A DNA stretch of 64,000 bases from Takakia lepidozioides. Lineage: Eukaryota > Plantae > Bryophyta. The stretch spans positions 14,632,001 to 14,696,000 of the forward strand of contig CM060734.1 in the NCBI GenBank assembly GCA_030704615.1, in the 5' to 3' direction. The translations under genes and the position numbers were made by a program. The notes below the pieces were generated by a model. The model did not search any database. It was not told where the DNA came from and worked only from the letters and a program-made list of their open reading frames with translations. This document shows positions 24,978-37,160 of the stretch, piece by piece (position 1 is the first letter of the stretch; each line of letters starts with the position of its first letter).

Positions 24978-27900
24978 ATGCCGAAGGGGAGGAAGCAGAT
25001 GCGTCTACAGGAGGAGATTGCCATCTCCGAGCAGCAGGCCACTCAGGCAACCCAGCCACCAGTGAGAGCTCCATGCGATCGGGCTGCGCGCAGCTGATCG
25101 AGCACCGAACCCCCCATTTTGCTTCTGTAATTCTTAGACTGAATGCTAGGAGACTTGAATGCAGAACATGTTTGCATGCCTAACAGGAAAGGTGGACGTG
25201 CTGGAGGGATCGCAGGAATCCGAAGAGCCGCAGGAAGAGTCCGAGGAGCTAGCTGCAGCACGTACACCCACCCGATCCCCGAGCGCGGGTACTCCTGCCG
25301 GGCCTAGCCCTCTGCGATTCAAAGACGCGTCTTCGAAGGGCAAGTTCAAAGTCTCAGAGATCGACTCGCGTTCTTCGATCATGGAGAATCGCCAGCAGGG
25401 GTCGGGCCCTTCTCCAGCAAAGTCGAAGAAGAAGCAGCCCGTCCCTCTACTGGCTTCTGAACCGGCTCAGGCCGATTCACCCCCCCCAACGCGAATGAAG
25501 CAGCAGGGTAGAAGACAGATTCTATTGCAGCAGACACCTTCACCTGCAAGGATGAGGAAGCAGAAGGCAATCAGGGCGACGGGCGAACAATCTCCCGCAA
25601 AACCGCTTCCACGAGCTGAAGCTCAGTTCCTGGAGGATTTCCCGCCTGCAGATGTTGGGGCCGACTCTGCTGCAGCGAAGGCAATGGGATCGACCGTTGA
25701 TCTCGATTTGGTACCGGAGGAGGGTGCTGCCGCTGAACGTTCGCAGGCAGACCTCACCACCGATGAGCTAGCAGGCCCGGAGGAGGCCTCTGCAATGGCA
25801 GAATTGCCCGCACACAGGCCCCAGAGTGCAGCTCCAGTTGAGGATGCTCCAGCTGCTCAGCCACTACCGGCACCTACAGACATGTCTCCGGAGGATTTCA
25901 AAAGTGCAGCGGATAAAATGTTGGAGGAGACACACAGTAGCATTGGCAGAGTTCTGGGCAGCAGGGTATTCCAGCGGACTCTTCGAATCCCACTCTGTCG
26001 CATGGTCTCCCTTCCCATCGTCAGGCAGGCCCTTCCCGGAGATGTGGATAAGCTCAAGTTCGCATTTCGAGAAGGGTACCGTCTGGGATCGGCAGCGTTT
26101 TACGTTTCCATAGAGAATGAGGACGGCGAAACCCGTGGACCCACTGCCGATGAATTGTCAACGTGGGATACCCACTGGCACACTCGCAACCACGAATTCG
26201 AGGCGACGCTGAAGGGTGATCCCGACTTCGGCCATATGTCGGGAAAAATGTTCTTTGTGTGGGACGGGAATCACCGACTTCTCGCCTGGTGGGAGTACAT
26301 CAAGCAGAACCATGCCAAGCACATTGGCTGGCATTACATGGTGGAGTGTGTCATCCTCAAGGTGAAGGCGGCAGACTCCTCCCTCCTCAAGAATGCCATG
26401 GCGGACCTCAACTCGTAAGATACTCATACCCTCCCTAGCACGTTCGAAATGCGGTGCCGCATTTCGGTTTCCATTCTGGTTTGATTCCGTGCTTCCGTGT
26501 ACTGAACTGGAGAGTGTGCCTTGCAGGGTCACTGAGAATGCGTACGTGCATACCCACATGGCACATATGCTGTACAGGGTGAGGAAAACTGGTCTTACTG
26601 ATCCGCAGATGTTTGCGGAAATGCTGGAGCCGGAGCTCATTCAGAAAGCCGTTGCAAAAACAGACCGGACATGGTATCGTCTCACTATGGATGGAATGGT
26701 GGAGGTGATATACGAAGTAAGTCGTGCTCCAATTTCCCTCTGCTCATCCTTCCCCAATTTCCAGTAATGTTTCCACATGAATCGAATGTAACGCTTCTGC
26801 ATGTTTTTGTTGGCAGTCAAACATCAAGCTGGATTTGGCCCATGCCAAACGCTTCTTCATGGAAAGTGAGGGGCAGGTCAAAACGTTGCAGTCATTGACT
26901 GAGCACTTGAAGGAAGCCGGTGTCAAGTCCAGAACCAAATACAAGTCAAAGCTTGTGAAGCTGGTGGCAATTGCAGATCCGGCACTTGGAAAGGACTTCA
27001 TCCCCGAGATTGCAAAACACTATTCTCGGGCCATGCAGCCGACCATGCAATTGGAGAAACTGCATCACCTCTCAACGGCATGTGTGGAGGCGAAAGAGAA
27101 GGTGAGGTTTCAATGCACTGAATTTCCTTCCTAGCAATAGCCACTCTCTTCCAGCCACTGACATTGGATCGGAAATGGCAGACACGGTGGCTGTCGATCT
27201 GGAATGCATCCGAGAGCATAAGGACAATGTGGTCTTTTCCACTGGAAGTTTCCGACCCTGCAGTGGATGTGTGGCTCAACCGTATGACTTGGTGGTTCCA
27301 GGTAATTCAAGGTACTTCCCCAGATTTGCTTTTCTGACATGAATTCCCTGAACTGCTACGTGACAATGCATTTGGGAATGCAGGTAATGTCGAATGCGAA
27401 GGAGCAAGTCGTAATGCACACAAATTCGTTCGGCTTGTACGTCAAATGGGATGGAACACAGACATTGGAAGACTACGTGACACGTTTCAGATGTGCGTAC
27501 AAGGACAACCTTTTCGCCAGAGAGCTACAGACAGCAAGAAGGAGCGTGGAGTTTACACATCAGGAGGGAGCGGGGAAAGCTGCAATGCGAATTGTTTACA
27601 GGTGAAGCACAGCTGCCCTTGTATGCGAAGCCTGGTTACGAGGTTTGTCTCGGAAATGCGGCACCGCATTCGCATTTTATGTTTTCGGTGGCACTCTGCC
27701 AGTAGGTTGGTCTCAACTTTTGCTCACGCATGCTGACTGCCTTGCAGGTATATGAAATACGTGCTCCTTCAGACAGGGGCCCTGGCTCAAGAGCCCCCGT
27801 TCTTCATGGCTTGGACCGTGGCGGGCCCAAGCTGTGTCTACACACCCGAGATGCAGAAACAATGGCATCCCGCGCATCTCGTTGGATGCCCGTGGTACCT

Positions 27901-30101
27901 GGACATGTCTGGCGGTATTGTTGACGAGTCTGAGAAAGATCTGCACGCCTTGGCAGAAGAGAAGAGAAAGGAAAGACGTGTCCCTGCTGGGCCAAAGTCG
28001 GCAAAGGAATCTGCTGCTCTGGAAGAATCCAGAAAGGCAGCTGAGATGGCACAAAAGACGGTGGATGCAGCTGTGCAGGCCCAACAGAAGGGGTCGAAGA
28101 AGAGGACTCGCCAGCAAGGAGCAGCTGTTGTGACACCCGCCAAAACGAAGAAGCAGAAACAGCCTGTTCAGGAAGAGGGTGAGGAAGAGGACTCCGATGG
28201 AGACTTTGCAACCAGCCCACCCCCCCAAACGCAGGCTGCCTCCCCTGTGCCCACCGTTGTCACGAGAGGCACGAGAACTGGCTCGGCAAAGAAGGCACTC
28301 TTCAACCCCCCAGGGGGGCACCCTTTCGAGCCGGTGGAAATGAAGAGGCCGAAAGTGGCTCCCGAAACTGTAGTCCAGTGTGTAAATGAGAGTTTCTTGG
28401 CGGCTTTGGATGGACGGGCAGCCAAGTTGGCATACATGAAGACCATGGAGGGTCTGAAGGGCAGAGCACTGAAGAAGGCGACTGCCGAAGAGCCTTCCGA
28501 CACCCCAGGATTTCAGAATATGGTCTCGTTCTTTGAGAGGGTGTGTGCAGACAAGGATTGTAGGAGGGGCGGAAATGCCACCGAGTGGTCTTGCGATATG
28601 ATCATCTTGGATATTCCGGACGGAGAGCCTGTGGAAGGACTGCAAGCTTTGCCATCTTGGAACAGGTACTCGGAGGACTTTTGGAAGAAAGGATTCGGGC
28701 TTGCCCGCATGGTGTTGGACGACAGAGGCTGTGTGGTTGTCCTGGCGAGCAGAGGAAAAAACACTCAGACAGGAATTGCGAAGTGGACCCGCAAGAGCGC
28801 CGTCCCGATTCTGAAAAAGAAGTGGACGTGCATCAACACACTGGGCCTTCGGTCGGAAGGGAAGAAGGTGATTACGACACTGGCACTCGTCCATTCATTT
28901 GCTTGGGTGCTTTCAAATGCGGTGCCGCATTCGGTTTCTAATCGTTTTCCCCCTGTGTATGCAGACGAAGCAGTTCGATGCATACTGCTTTGTGAAGGAA
29001 AACTCCACCTTTGCTTTCCGGAAGGAGGGAGGAAAGGTTGACCCGAACTGCGACCCACTCGATTACGACGTTCTGTTCAACAACGTTCCCAAGGAACTTC
29101 TCCCTCATAGCCTCACTTCAACGGAACCCCTGCGGTACTCACGGACTCGGAGCCCTGCCTTCATTCAGACAATTATGGAGACATGCACAGACGTGGAGGG
29201 CACAGTGCTGGACCTCATCTGTGGGACAGGTATGCAGAATCTTGATCTCTGCTGTTCTGCAAATTCTCGTTAGGATGTAGTTCGCAACATCTGAAGCGCC
29301 ATGTGGTAATGTGTGGATGGCATTGTAACAGGTGCCTCAATGTGGGCTGGGCGGTTTTCCGACCGGCACCTCTTTGCCTACGAGGAGGATTCATCCGTGT
29401 GGGGATCCCATCTGGAGGGGCTGCAACGGAATGTGAAGGCTCCCGACAGAGCGGAAGTCTCCTCGGATTCGTCGGAGTCCGAGGAAGACACAGTGGACAT
29501 TGATGCAGAGGAGAACCCGGAATACGAGTGAGTGCAAACATTGTAAGTTTGCAAAGCCTTCTGGGTCATTTATGTCAAAGGAATTTCCCGACTGTGGTTC
29601 TCATTAGTCTCGTTGATGATTGTCATGTGCAGGATTGCAGGGTCCGGGTCGAAACATGTAGGGCCTACACTTCCTGCCAGGAAGAATGTCCCGTTCTTTG
29701 CGAGGGCCGACTTCATGACGAGCCCGGTGAGGGACTACTCCCTTCCTAGTTATGCAGCTAAACTCGCAAATACAGCGATTAGAAGAAGTGAGAATCCCAG
29801 TAAAGTAGAGCAGATTTTGGAGAGGGCTAGGGAGGACAGAAGGATAAGGAAAGAGTTGGCAGCAGCTCAGACAGGTAGACGGGTACGAAAGTACATATGT
29901 GATTCAGCGGATGAGAGCGACGCAGACAGGGAGGAAGACGACCCAACGGAGGTGAGATGGACAGTTCCGCAAGGGGAAGATGGGATTTTCGAAAGCCTGG
30001 CCAACGAGCAGTCCGCTGGAGATGAGAGAGGCACTGAGGGGGTGGAGGAGGAGCAGGACAGTCTAGAACAGGATGAGGATTCGGATGATTTTCAAGATTA
30101 A
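24978..30101 (+). CDS. Family B ParB-like / beta-class N4-N6 DNA-methyltransferase-like fusion protein; 10-exon model, ~1,400 aa, apparently intact
   Basis: Exons 24978-25061, 25165-26414, 26527-26716, 26817-27101, 27182-27301, 27384-27601, 27748-28867, 28965-29229, 29332-29527 and 29633-30101. All introns are GT-AG, phases are consistent, total 4197 nt; the first intron is the least certain. Motifs VWDGNHRLLAW, DMIILDIPDG, RSPAFIQTIMETCTDVEGTVLDLICGT|GASMWAGRFSDRHLFAYEED. Confidence 0.85.
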
Positions 30102-30289
30102 TAGAATTTTAATGAAGTCTCTGTAAATGTAAATTCTCTTCCAGAGTATATAAAGAAAATTCTGCCCGACATTCGTGACCCCTCTCCAGTGTGCATTCCA
30201 GCCACACAATCGCCCAAACCAGGACGCTCCCAAAATCAGAAATGGGTCAGGGCATTTCCAAAATTTTGGCAACTCTAAGAACCTCTTTT

Positions 30290-31130
30290 GGAAATGCGGC
30301 ACCGCATTTCCAAAACAGGGGAGGGACTAATTTTTCCATTTCAATGTTGGCATAGTAAAAAGTAATCTGAATTGGGAATGCGGTGCCGCATTTCCAAAAT
30401 TTCCTTTGTCCACACGCCAGTTTTGGCCTCTCCCGCTCATTGCATGGATGCCACCACGCTTACAGAGGTCGAACAAGGAGGTCGAACAAGGAGGCCGACA
30501 TGGCGGGATTGAAAATGCGGTGCCGCATTTCCATATTGGGGATGGTCGTTGTTCGAACTGCAGACCCATCAGCAAAAATTGGCACCGCATTCCATTGTAA
30601 AAAAAAGTCGATGACGGACATGGAAATGCGGCGCCGCATTTCCAGAACGGACATCGCAATTTGTCCATTTGCAGACCCTCTCTCGGAAATGCGGTAACGC
30701 ATTCCATCGCGCTGGTCGGAAATAGGTGCACTTTTCGAAGTGTTGGACGGAAATGCGGCACCGCATTCCCTTGTCCAAAAAGAAGTTTCCATTGCCAAGC
30801 TGGAAATGCGTCGCCGCATTTGCAATGCCAACCTCGTTTTCTGATCAATTTATAGACCCGTGTTGGTATTTCGTGTACCTGGACGGAAATGATGCACCGC
30901 ATTTTCTTGTCCACATGGAAATGCGGTGCCGCATTTCGATGTCCGACATGGAAATGCGGTGCCGAATTTCGATGTCCGACATGGAAATGCGGTGCCGCAT
31001 TTCGATGTCCGACATGGAAATGCTGTGCCGCATTTCGATGCCGACATGGAAATGCGGCGCCGCATTTCCAAGCCACATGCGGCGACATGCCGACATGGAA
31101 TGCGGTGCCGCATTTTAATGTCCGACATGG
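30290..31130. repeat. Second family B palindrome cluster downstream of the MTase gene, ending in a 33-bp tandem run
   Basis: Palindromes at 30290, 30374, 30511, 30622, 30685, 30749 and 30802, then 30884, 30917, 30950, 30983, 31016 and 31048 (unit catggaaatgcggtgccgcatttcgatgtccga). Confidence 0.92.
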
Positions 31131-31562
31131 CGTTACTCTGGTATATTCTTGACACATGACTCACATACCGGTTACTCTGCTTTATTCAACCGGACAGACA
31201 AATTGTAGAAATGAGACATCAAATTGTAAACAGTGGGCCAAATCCGAGAGTTATTCAACACAATGAAACACAGTCATACAGAAGTGAGGTACATTCCAGG
31301 GCACACTCCAGGGCACATTTAAATTTCCCCCGTACAGGATCCTGGACCGATGAAGATTGGCTGCTGCATGAATGTAGCCGTTTCAGTTTCCTACCCTGCT
31401 GCGCAAACTATGGGCATTCACTGCCAGGTGGGCCGATAGCCACTGGACACGACGAAGTCCATCCCCTCTTCGATGTAAATGCGGCGCCGAATTTCCATCC
31501 GGGGGGATGGACTTCGGTGGCAGATCTCAAACTATAACTTGTTGATGAGAAGATGTATGGGT

Positions 31563-32306
31563 TCATCCACCGCTGGCGTGATGAACACGTTCCACCTCCG
31601 TCGGTGGGTACGTGTGACCCAGATGCTCCATTTTGGAGGCCGGACTGCTCTTCCGCTTCGTATCTTTTCCAAAATCTAAGGGCTTCGTAGCTGTCCGCAA
31701 GGTCATCGGCATCCAAGTCGTCCTCAGGTCCTCCTTTGCAAGGATGCCGTGCTTCCGAACCGGGACGACTGCCCCTTTGGAGGCATCGATTATGCAATGT
31801 ATTCGGCCACATCGGGAGACATTGTTATCTGGTACACAGATTACAGAGAAGATACTGGTTCGATTGTGGAAACATTGGTGGCTTTTGAGTATATCGTAGG
31901 CCACTACGCCTTCGAGCGGGGTGACGATCTTGGTCTGAGGAGTCCGTGGCTCCTGCGCATCCTCGATTCCGATTTTCCCAGCTACGACGGTCACCCATGC
32001 AGAAGAAGGCGCACTGCTATGCTGTTGCGGTGGAACTGCTGCCACTGGACGTGGGTGGACTCCATCGGAGAGACCTATTCTCCTCGAGGAGTGCGCTCCT
32101 CTTCTCCATTGTATGGGGACATTCGCATTGGTGTGGACGACGAAAACGTGAAGATTTCCATATTCGATGGTGGTATGATTGAAGGGCAGGACATTGTGGT
32201 GAACATCACTAGGGGCGGTACAACGGCTGCAATCGACTTTACATGGAGGAGCCCCAGGACTCATGAGCTAGTTCTGAGAGCAGTCGAAGTCCCATTGACA
32301 ACGTGA
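31563..32306. other. Possible third, unidentified gene of family B (overlapping 233-aa minus and 185-aa plus ORFs)
   Basis: Long overlapping ORFs, GC-richer than their flanks, with no recognisable motif; coding strand undetermined. Confidence 0.25.
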
Positions 32307-32714
32307 CTTGTATTCAGTAGGCACAGGGCTCAAGATTTGAGGGCACAATCAGCACAGTAGACGTGCTTCAAATGCAATTCATGTGGATCAATAAAAACCT
32401 CATTGTGCCCTCTTTTTATTCTATTCTGTGTCCATTGTTCCGAGAATGCGTCATTGCTCATTTCGTTTGGGATTGGGAGTGTGGGTGAATTTTGCAAATG
32501 GCTGGTAGGCTGAAATGGGCCCCCATTGTACAGAGCAATACCACCCTACCATTCGCGAAACATTGCCTTTCAATATATAATTCTAAATAACATTGCCGAA
32601 CCTCCTTCATCGGGAGGTCCTTCTCCCCCTATGACCGGGCACCCTAAACCCTATTCCCGCGGACACTCATTTCCGGAAAATAGTGCTGCTCATGTTTTTT
32701 TCCACACTTACGAC

Positions 32715-32768
32715 TCTGCTCATGGCTCATGCCGCTCATGGCTCATGGCTCATGAAATAGCAGCCCCC
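32715..32768. repeat. B1 right terminus: GCTCATG subterminal repeats plus TIR
   Basis: ctgctcatggctcatgccgctcatggctcatggctcatgaaatagcagccccc; same sequence at 50580-50632 and inverted at 34691-34744. Confidence 0.88.
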
Positions 32769-34690
32769 TCATCAAACTGTTCCTTTCGCTTCATGTGAAT
32801 TCTGGTCATATTAATCAGCTTCATCAGCACACTTCTTCTTCCACATGGTATAATTCATGTTTCCTGACCTTGAATGTGAGTATTGCCAATCCCATTCTTT
32901 TTCCCCACTCCGTTCTCATGGTAGGTAACAGATTCCACTGGAAGTAAGGCTTCCATACCTAACAATTGAATGGTGTATACTAGTGGGTGACTTTTGGAAT
33001 TCCTGAGAACCATAAGCTGTCAGCAGCTTTGTATCCCCATCCGTTCTGTTTGCATTGACCTAGCTTAAGCCAGATATCCATTAAGTTTGTTGTAGCCTCT
33101 GCCTCCATTACCCACCCGCGGGTATATGTTTACTCTTTCCTATGCACATCATAAACTCTTTAGTCCACACCAATGGTCTCATTCATGAAGTGACTTCCTG
33201 ATCACTGATAAATTCCTAAGGGGTCAAGCAAATCGTGTAATATGTTCTCGTACAAGGAACCTTGCTGTGGACTTGGCTGTGTTGTCCCTCAATCTTAGCT
33301 TCCACCCATTTTGTAAGTACTCAGTGGCTGTATTTAATGTACCTGTTTCGTGTATGCTTGGATGGTGGATTAATTGGTCCCAAAAGTTCTAGTCCCCTTT
33401 CTGAAATGGTTCCGTAGCATTGTAGGATGCAGGCCATCCTTCCAGATCTCTGCAACAGGTCCTGCCTCTACATTCATCACACTTCTGATTCTACTCATGT
33501 ACATCCTTGAACAAAGTTAGGCCACCAGTATCCGCGAGAGTTCTTTCTACTGGTAGTCTCTTCTTTCCAAAATGACCTCCAGCCACTCCTTATGAACCTT
33601 CCTCCAAGACCTTATTACAACATGGTGTACAATCATCGTTGTAAGTACTCATCAGTTCCTAACTTATACATTCTGCTTCTACCATAGTATAAAAGGTAAA
33701 GCTTGGGGGATAGCAATTCTCTTCCTCTGCTCCTTACCATCATAGGTGGGCACTGACCAAAGAATGTAGTACTGTTGGCCACTGCCATCTAACCATTCAT
33801 TTGCACTTCCTTGTACCTCATTACAAATAACTCGCATCAGGTAACTGATCGTCCACCTCCTGTGGCGGCCTCTCCTGTTGTTTAGTCGTGACAAATGATC
33901 TGCCACAATGCAAACGGCCAGGCTTTTAAATAAAACCCTCGAACTCAAACTCTGCCGATTATTAACACCTCGCTATCCTTCCACTTATCAAGGATTGTTC
34001 ACCAGATATATCAGAGCCTGTGATCCACATAAAACATAAACTTTCTTCCCAATAGGAATGCCTAAATTTCTTGACTGCATAATCATTGCAATGCTTCCTT
34101 TCCGTTTACATAGTTTTTCCTCTCAGCACTGTCTCAATCGCTGCATAGTACACAGGTGAATCTATATTCCAGTAACATTCTGGGCTAACACCGCACCCCA
34201 CGCTTCTCCTGATGCAATCGCAGTGAACATTAAAATACTACATGCCAGTGAGGGTTAAATCGCACAGGTGTAGTTTGTTCTGGACAGTGTAAGTTTCCTC
34301 AAACACCTTTGACATTCAGCCCTGTCCAAGGCAAACACTGCATCGTCTCTTCAGAAGCTTGCTCAATGGTGGTGCGATTTGTGCTACCTTTTGACAAATC
34401 TTCTGTAATAACTGGTTTGCCCAAGGAACCTTCGTAGACTTTTACATTCACTGGGGGTGGAGCTGCTTTTATTGCCACTGTCTTTCGGATCCACAAGGCG
34501 TTGCCTTCTTCACACAATGTTCCAGGAAATCCCCCCTGATTTCACACAGAAAGTACACCTCTCTGGATTCAGCCCAGACCTCGCATCCTGGCATCTGGCC
34601 AAACATAACTCCAAGTTATGTCAATGTTTCACTCTAGAGCTGACCACTGAAATCCATCCAAGAATACCTGCATGAAATCATCCATGTACT
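32769..34690 (-). mobile_element. Degenerate Ty3/Gypsy pol fragment (RT end, RNase H, integrase) between B1 and B2
   Basis: Minus-strand remnants: FMQVFLD-like RT segment near 34660, DAS-G-VGAVL and VDHQAL-YL RNase H-like segments near 34200-34000, ADHLSRL, and LELLGPINPP / TKWVEA integrase segments near 33390-33300; many frameshifts. Confidence 0.75.
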
Positions 34691-36329
34691 GGGGGCTGCT
34701 ATTTCATGAGCCATGAGCCATGAGCGGCATGAGCCATGAGCAGAGTCGTAAGTGTGGAAAAAAACATGAGCAGCACTATTTCCGGAATGAGTGTCCGCGG
34801 TAATAGGGTTAGGGTGCCACGGTCATAGGGGGAGAAGGACCTCCCGATGAAGGAGGTTCGGCAATGTTATTTAGAATTATATATTGAAAGGCAATGTTTC
34901 GCGAATGGTAGGGTGGTATTGCTCTGTACAATGGGGCCCATTTCAGCCTACCAGCCATTTGCAAAATTCACCCACACTCCCAATCCAAACGAATGAGCAA
35001 TGACGCATTCTCGAACAATGGACACACGATAGAATAAAAAGAGGGCACAATGAGGTTTTTATTGATCCACATGAATTGCATTTGAAGCACGTCTACTGTG
35101 CTGATTGTGCCCTCAAATCTTGAGCCCTGTGCCTACTGAATACAAGTCACGTTGTCAATGGGACTTCGACTGCTCTCAGAACTAGCTCATGAGTCCTGGG
35201 CTCCTCCATGTAAAGTCGATTGCAGCCGTTGTCCGCCGCTAGTGATGTTCACCACAATGTCCTGCCCTTCAATCATACCACCATCGAATATGGAAATCTT
35301 CACGTTTTCGTCGTCCACACCAATGCGAATGTCCCCATACAATGGAGAAGAGGAGCGCACTCCTCGAGGAGAATAGTTCTCTCCGATGGAGTCCACCCAC
35401 GTCCAGTGGCAGCAGTTCCACCGCAACAGCATAGCAGTGCGCCTTCTTCTGCATGGGTGACCGTCGTAGCTGGGAAAATCGGAATCGAGGATGCGCAGGA
35501 GCCACGGACTCCTCAAACCAAGATCGTCACCCCGCTCGAAGGCGTAGTGGCCTACGATACTCAAAAGCCACCAATGTTTCCACACATCGAACCAGTATCT
35601 CTCTGTTTATCTGTGTACCAGATAACAATGTCTCCCGATGTGGCCGAATACATTGCTAATCGATGCCTCCAAAGGGGCAGTCGTCCCGGTTCCGGAAGCA
35701 CGGCATCCTTGCAAGGAGGACCTGAGGACGACTTGATGCCGATGACCTTGCGGACAGCTACGAAGCCCTTAGATTTTGGAAAAGATACGAAGCGGAAGAG
35801 CAGTCCGGCCTCCAAAATGGAGCATCTGGGTCACACGTACCCACCGACGGAGGTGGAACGTGTTCATCACGCCAGCGGTGGATGAAGCCATACATCTTTC
35901 TCCATCAACAAGTTATGTTTGAGATCTGCCACCGAGTCCATCCCCCCAGATGGAAATTCGGCGCCGCATTTACATCGAAGAGGGGATGGACTTCGTCGTG
36001 TCCAGTGGCTATCGCCCACCTGGCAGTGACTGCCCATAGTTTGCATGGCAGGGTAGGAAACTGAAACGGCTACATTCATGCAGCAGCCAATCTTCATCGG
36101 TCCAGGATCCTGTACGGGGGAAATTTTAAATGTGCCCTGGAGTGTGCCCTGGAATGTACCTCACTTCTGTATGACTGTGTTTCATTGTGTTGAATAACTC
36201 TCGGATTTGGCCCACTGTTTACAATTTGATGTCTCATTTCTACAATTTGTCTGTCGTTGAATAAAGCAGAGTAACCGTTATGTGAGTCATGTGTCAAGAA
36301 TATACCAAGTAACGCCATGTCGGACATTA

Positions 36330-37160
36330 AAAATGCGGCACCGCATTTCCATGTCGGCATGGAAATGTGGCTCCGCATTTCCATGTCGGCTGGAAATGCG
36401 GCGCGCATTCCATGTCGCATCGAAATGCGGCACAGCATTTCCATGTCGAACATCGAATGCGGCCCGCATTCCATGTCGACATCGAAATCGCACCGCATTT
36501 CCATGTCGGACATCGAAATGCGGCACCCCATTTCCATCTCCGACAAGAAAATGCGGTGCATCATTTCCGTTCCCAGGTACACGAAATACCAACACGGGTC
36601 TATAAATTGATCAGAAAACGAGGTTGGCATTGCAAATGCGGCGACGCATTTCCAGCTTCTGCAATGGAAACTTCTTTTGGACAAGGGAATGCGGTGCCGC
36701 ATTTCCTTCCACACACTTCGAAAAGTGCACCTATTTCCGACCAGCGCGATGGAATGCGTTACCGCATTTCCGAGAGAGGGTCTGCAAATGGACAAATGCG
36801 ATGTCCGTTCGGAAATGCGGCGCCGCATTTCCATGTCCGTCATCGACTTTTTTTTACAATGGAATGCGGTGCCAATTTTTGCTGATGGGTCTGCAGTTCG
36901 AACAACGACCCCCCAATATGGAAATGCGGCACCGCATTTTTCCAATCCCGCCATGTCGGCCTCCTTGTTCGACCTCCTTGTTCGACCTCTGTAAGCGTGG
37001 TGGCATCCATGAATGAGCGGGAGAGGCCAAAACTGGCGTGTGGACAAAGGAAATTTTGGAAATGCGGCACCGCATTCCCAATTCAGATTACTTTTTACTA
37101 TCCAACATTGAAATGGAAAATTAGTCCCTCCCTGTTTTGGAAATGCGGTGCCGCATTTCC
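36330..37160. repeat. B2 copy of the downstream palindrome cluster
   Basis: Reverse complement of 30290-31130. Confidence 0.88.

Larger units (their letters stand above)
18007..32768. mobile_element. Family B MULE-like transposon, copy B1, complete (~14.8 kb)
   Basis: Ends defined by comparing copies: left GAGGTTTACTATTTCATGAGC, right reverse complement GGGGGCTGCTATTTCATGAGC. The whole element recurs inverted at 34691-49377. Confidence 0.9.

Noticed and set aside
24978-30101. Bacterial or phage contamination as the source of the ParB-MTase gene
   Set aside because: The gene has phase-consistent GT-AG introns shared between two families and is embedded among PPR and Gypsy sequences
18007-32768. 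Classification as CACTA, hAT, Helitron or KDZ/Zisupton
   Set aside because: Termini are not CACTA or TC...CTRR, there is no helicase, and the D...D...CxxH...TNxxE pattern with SWIM fits MULE best; a formal phylogeny is still needed
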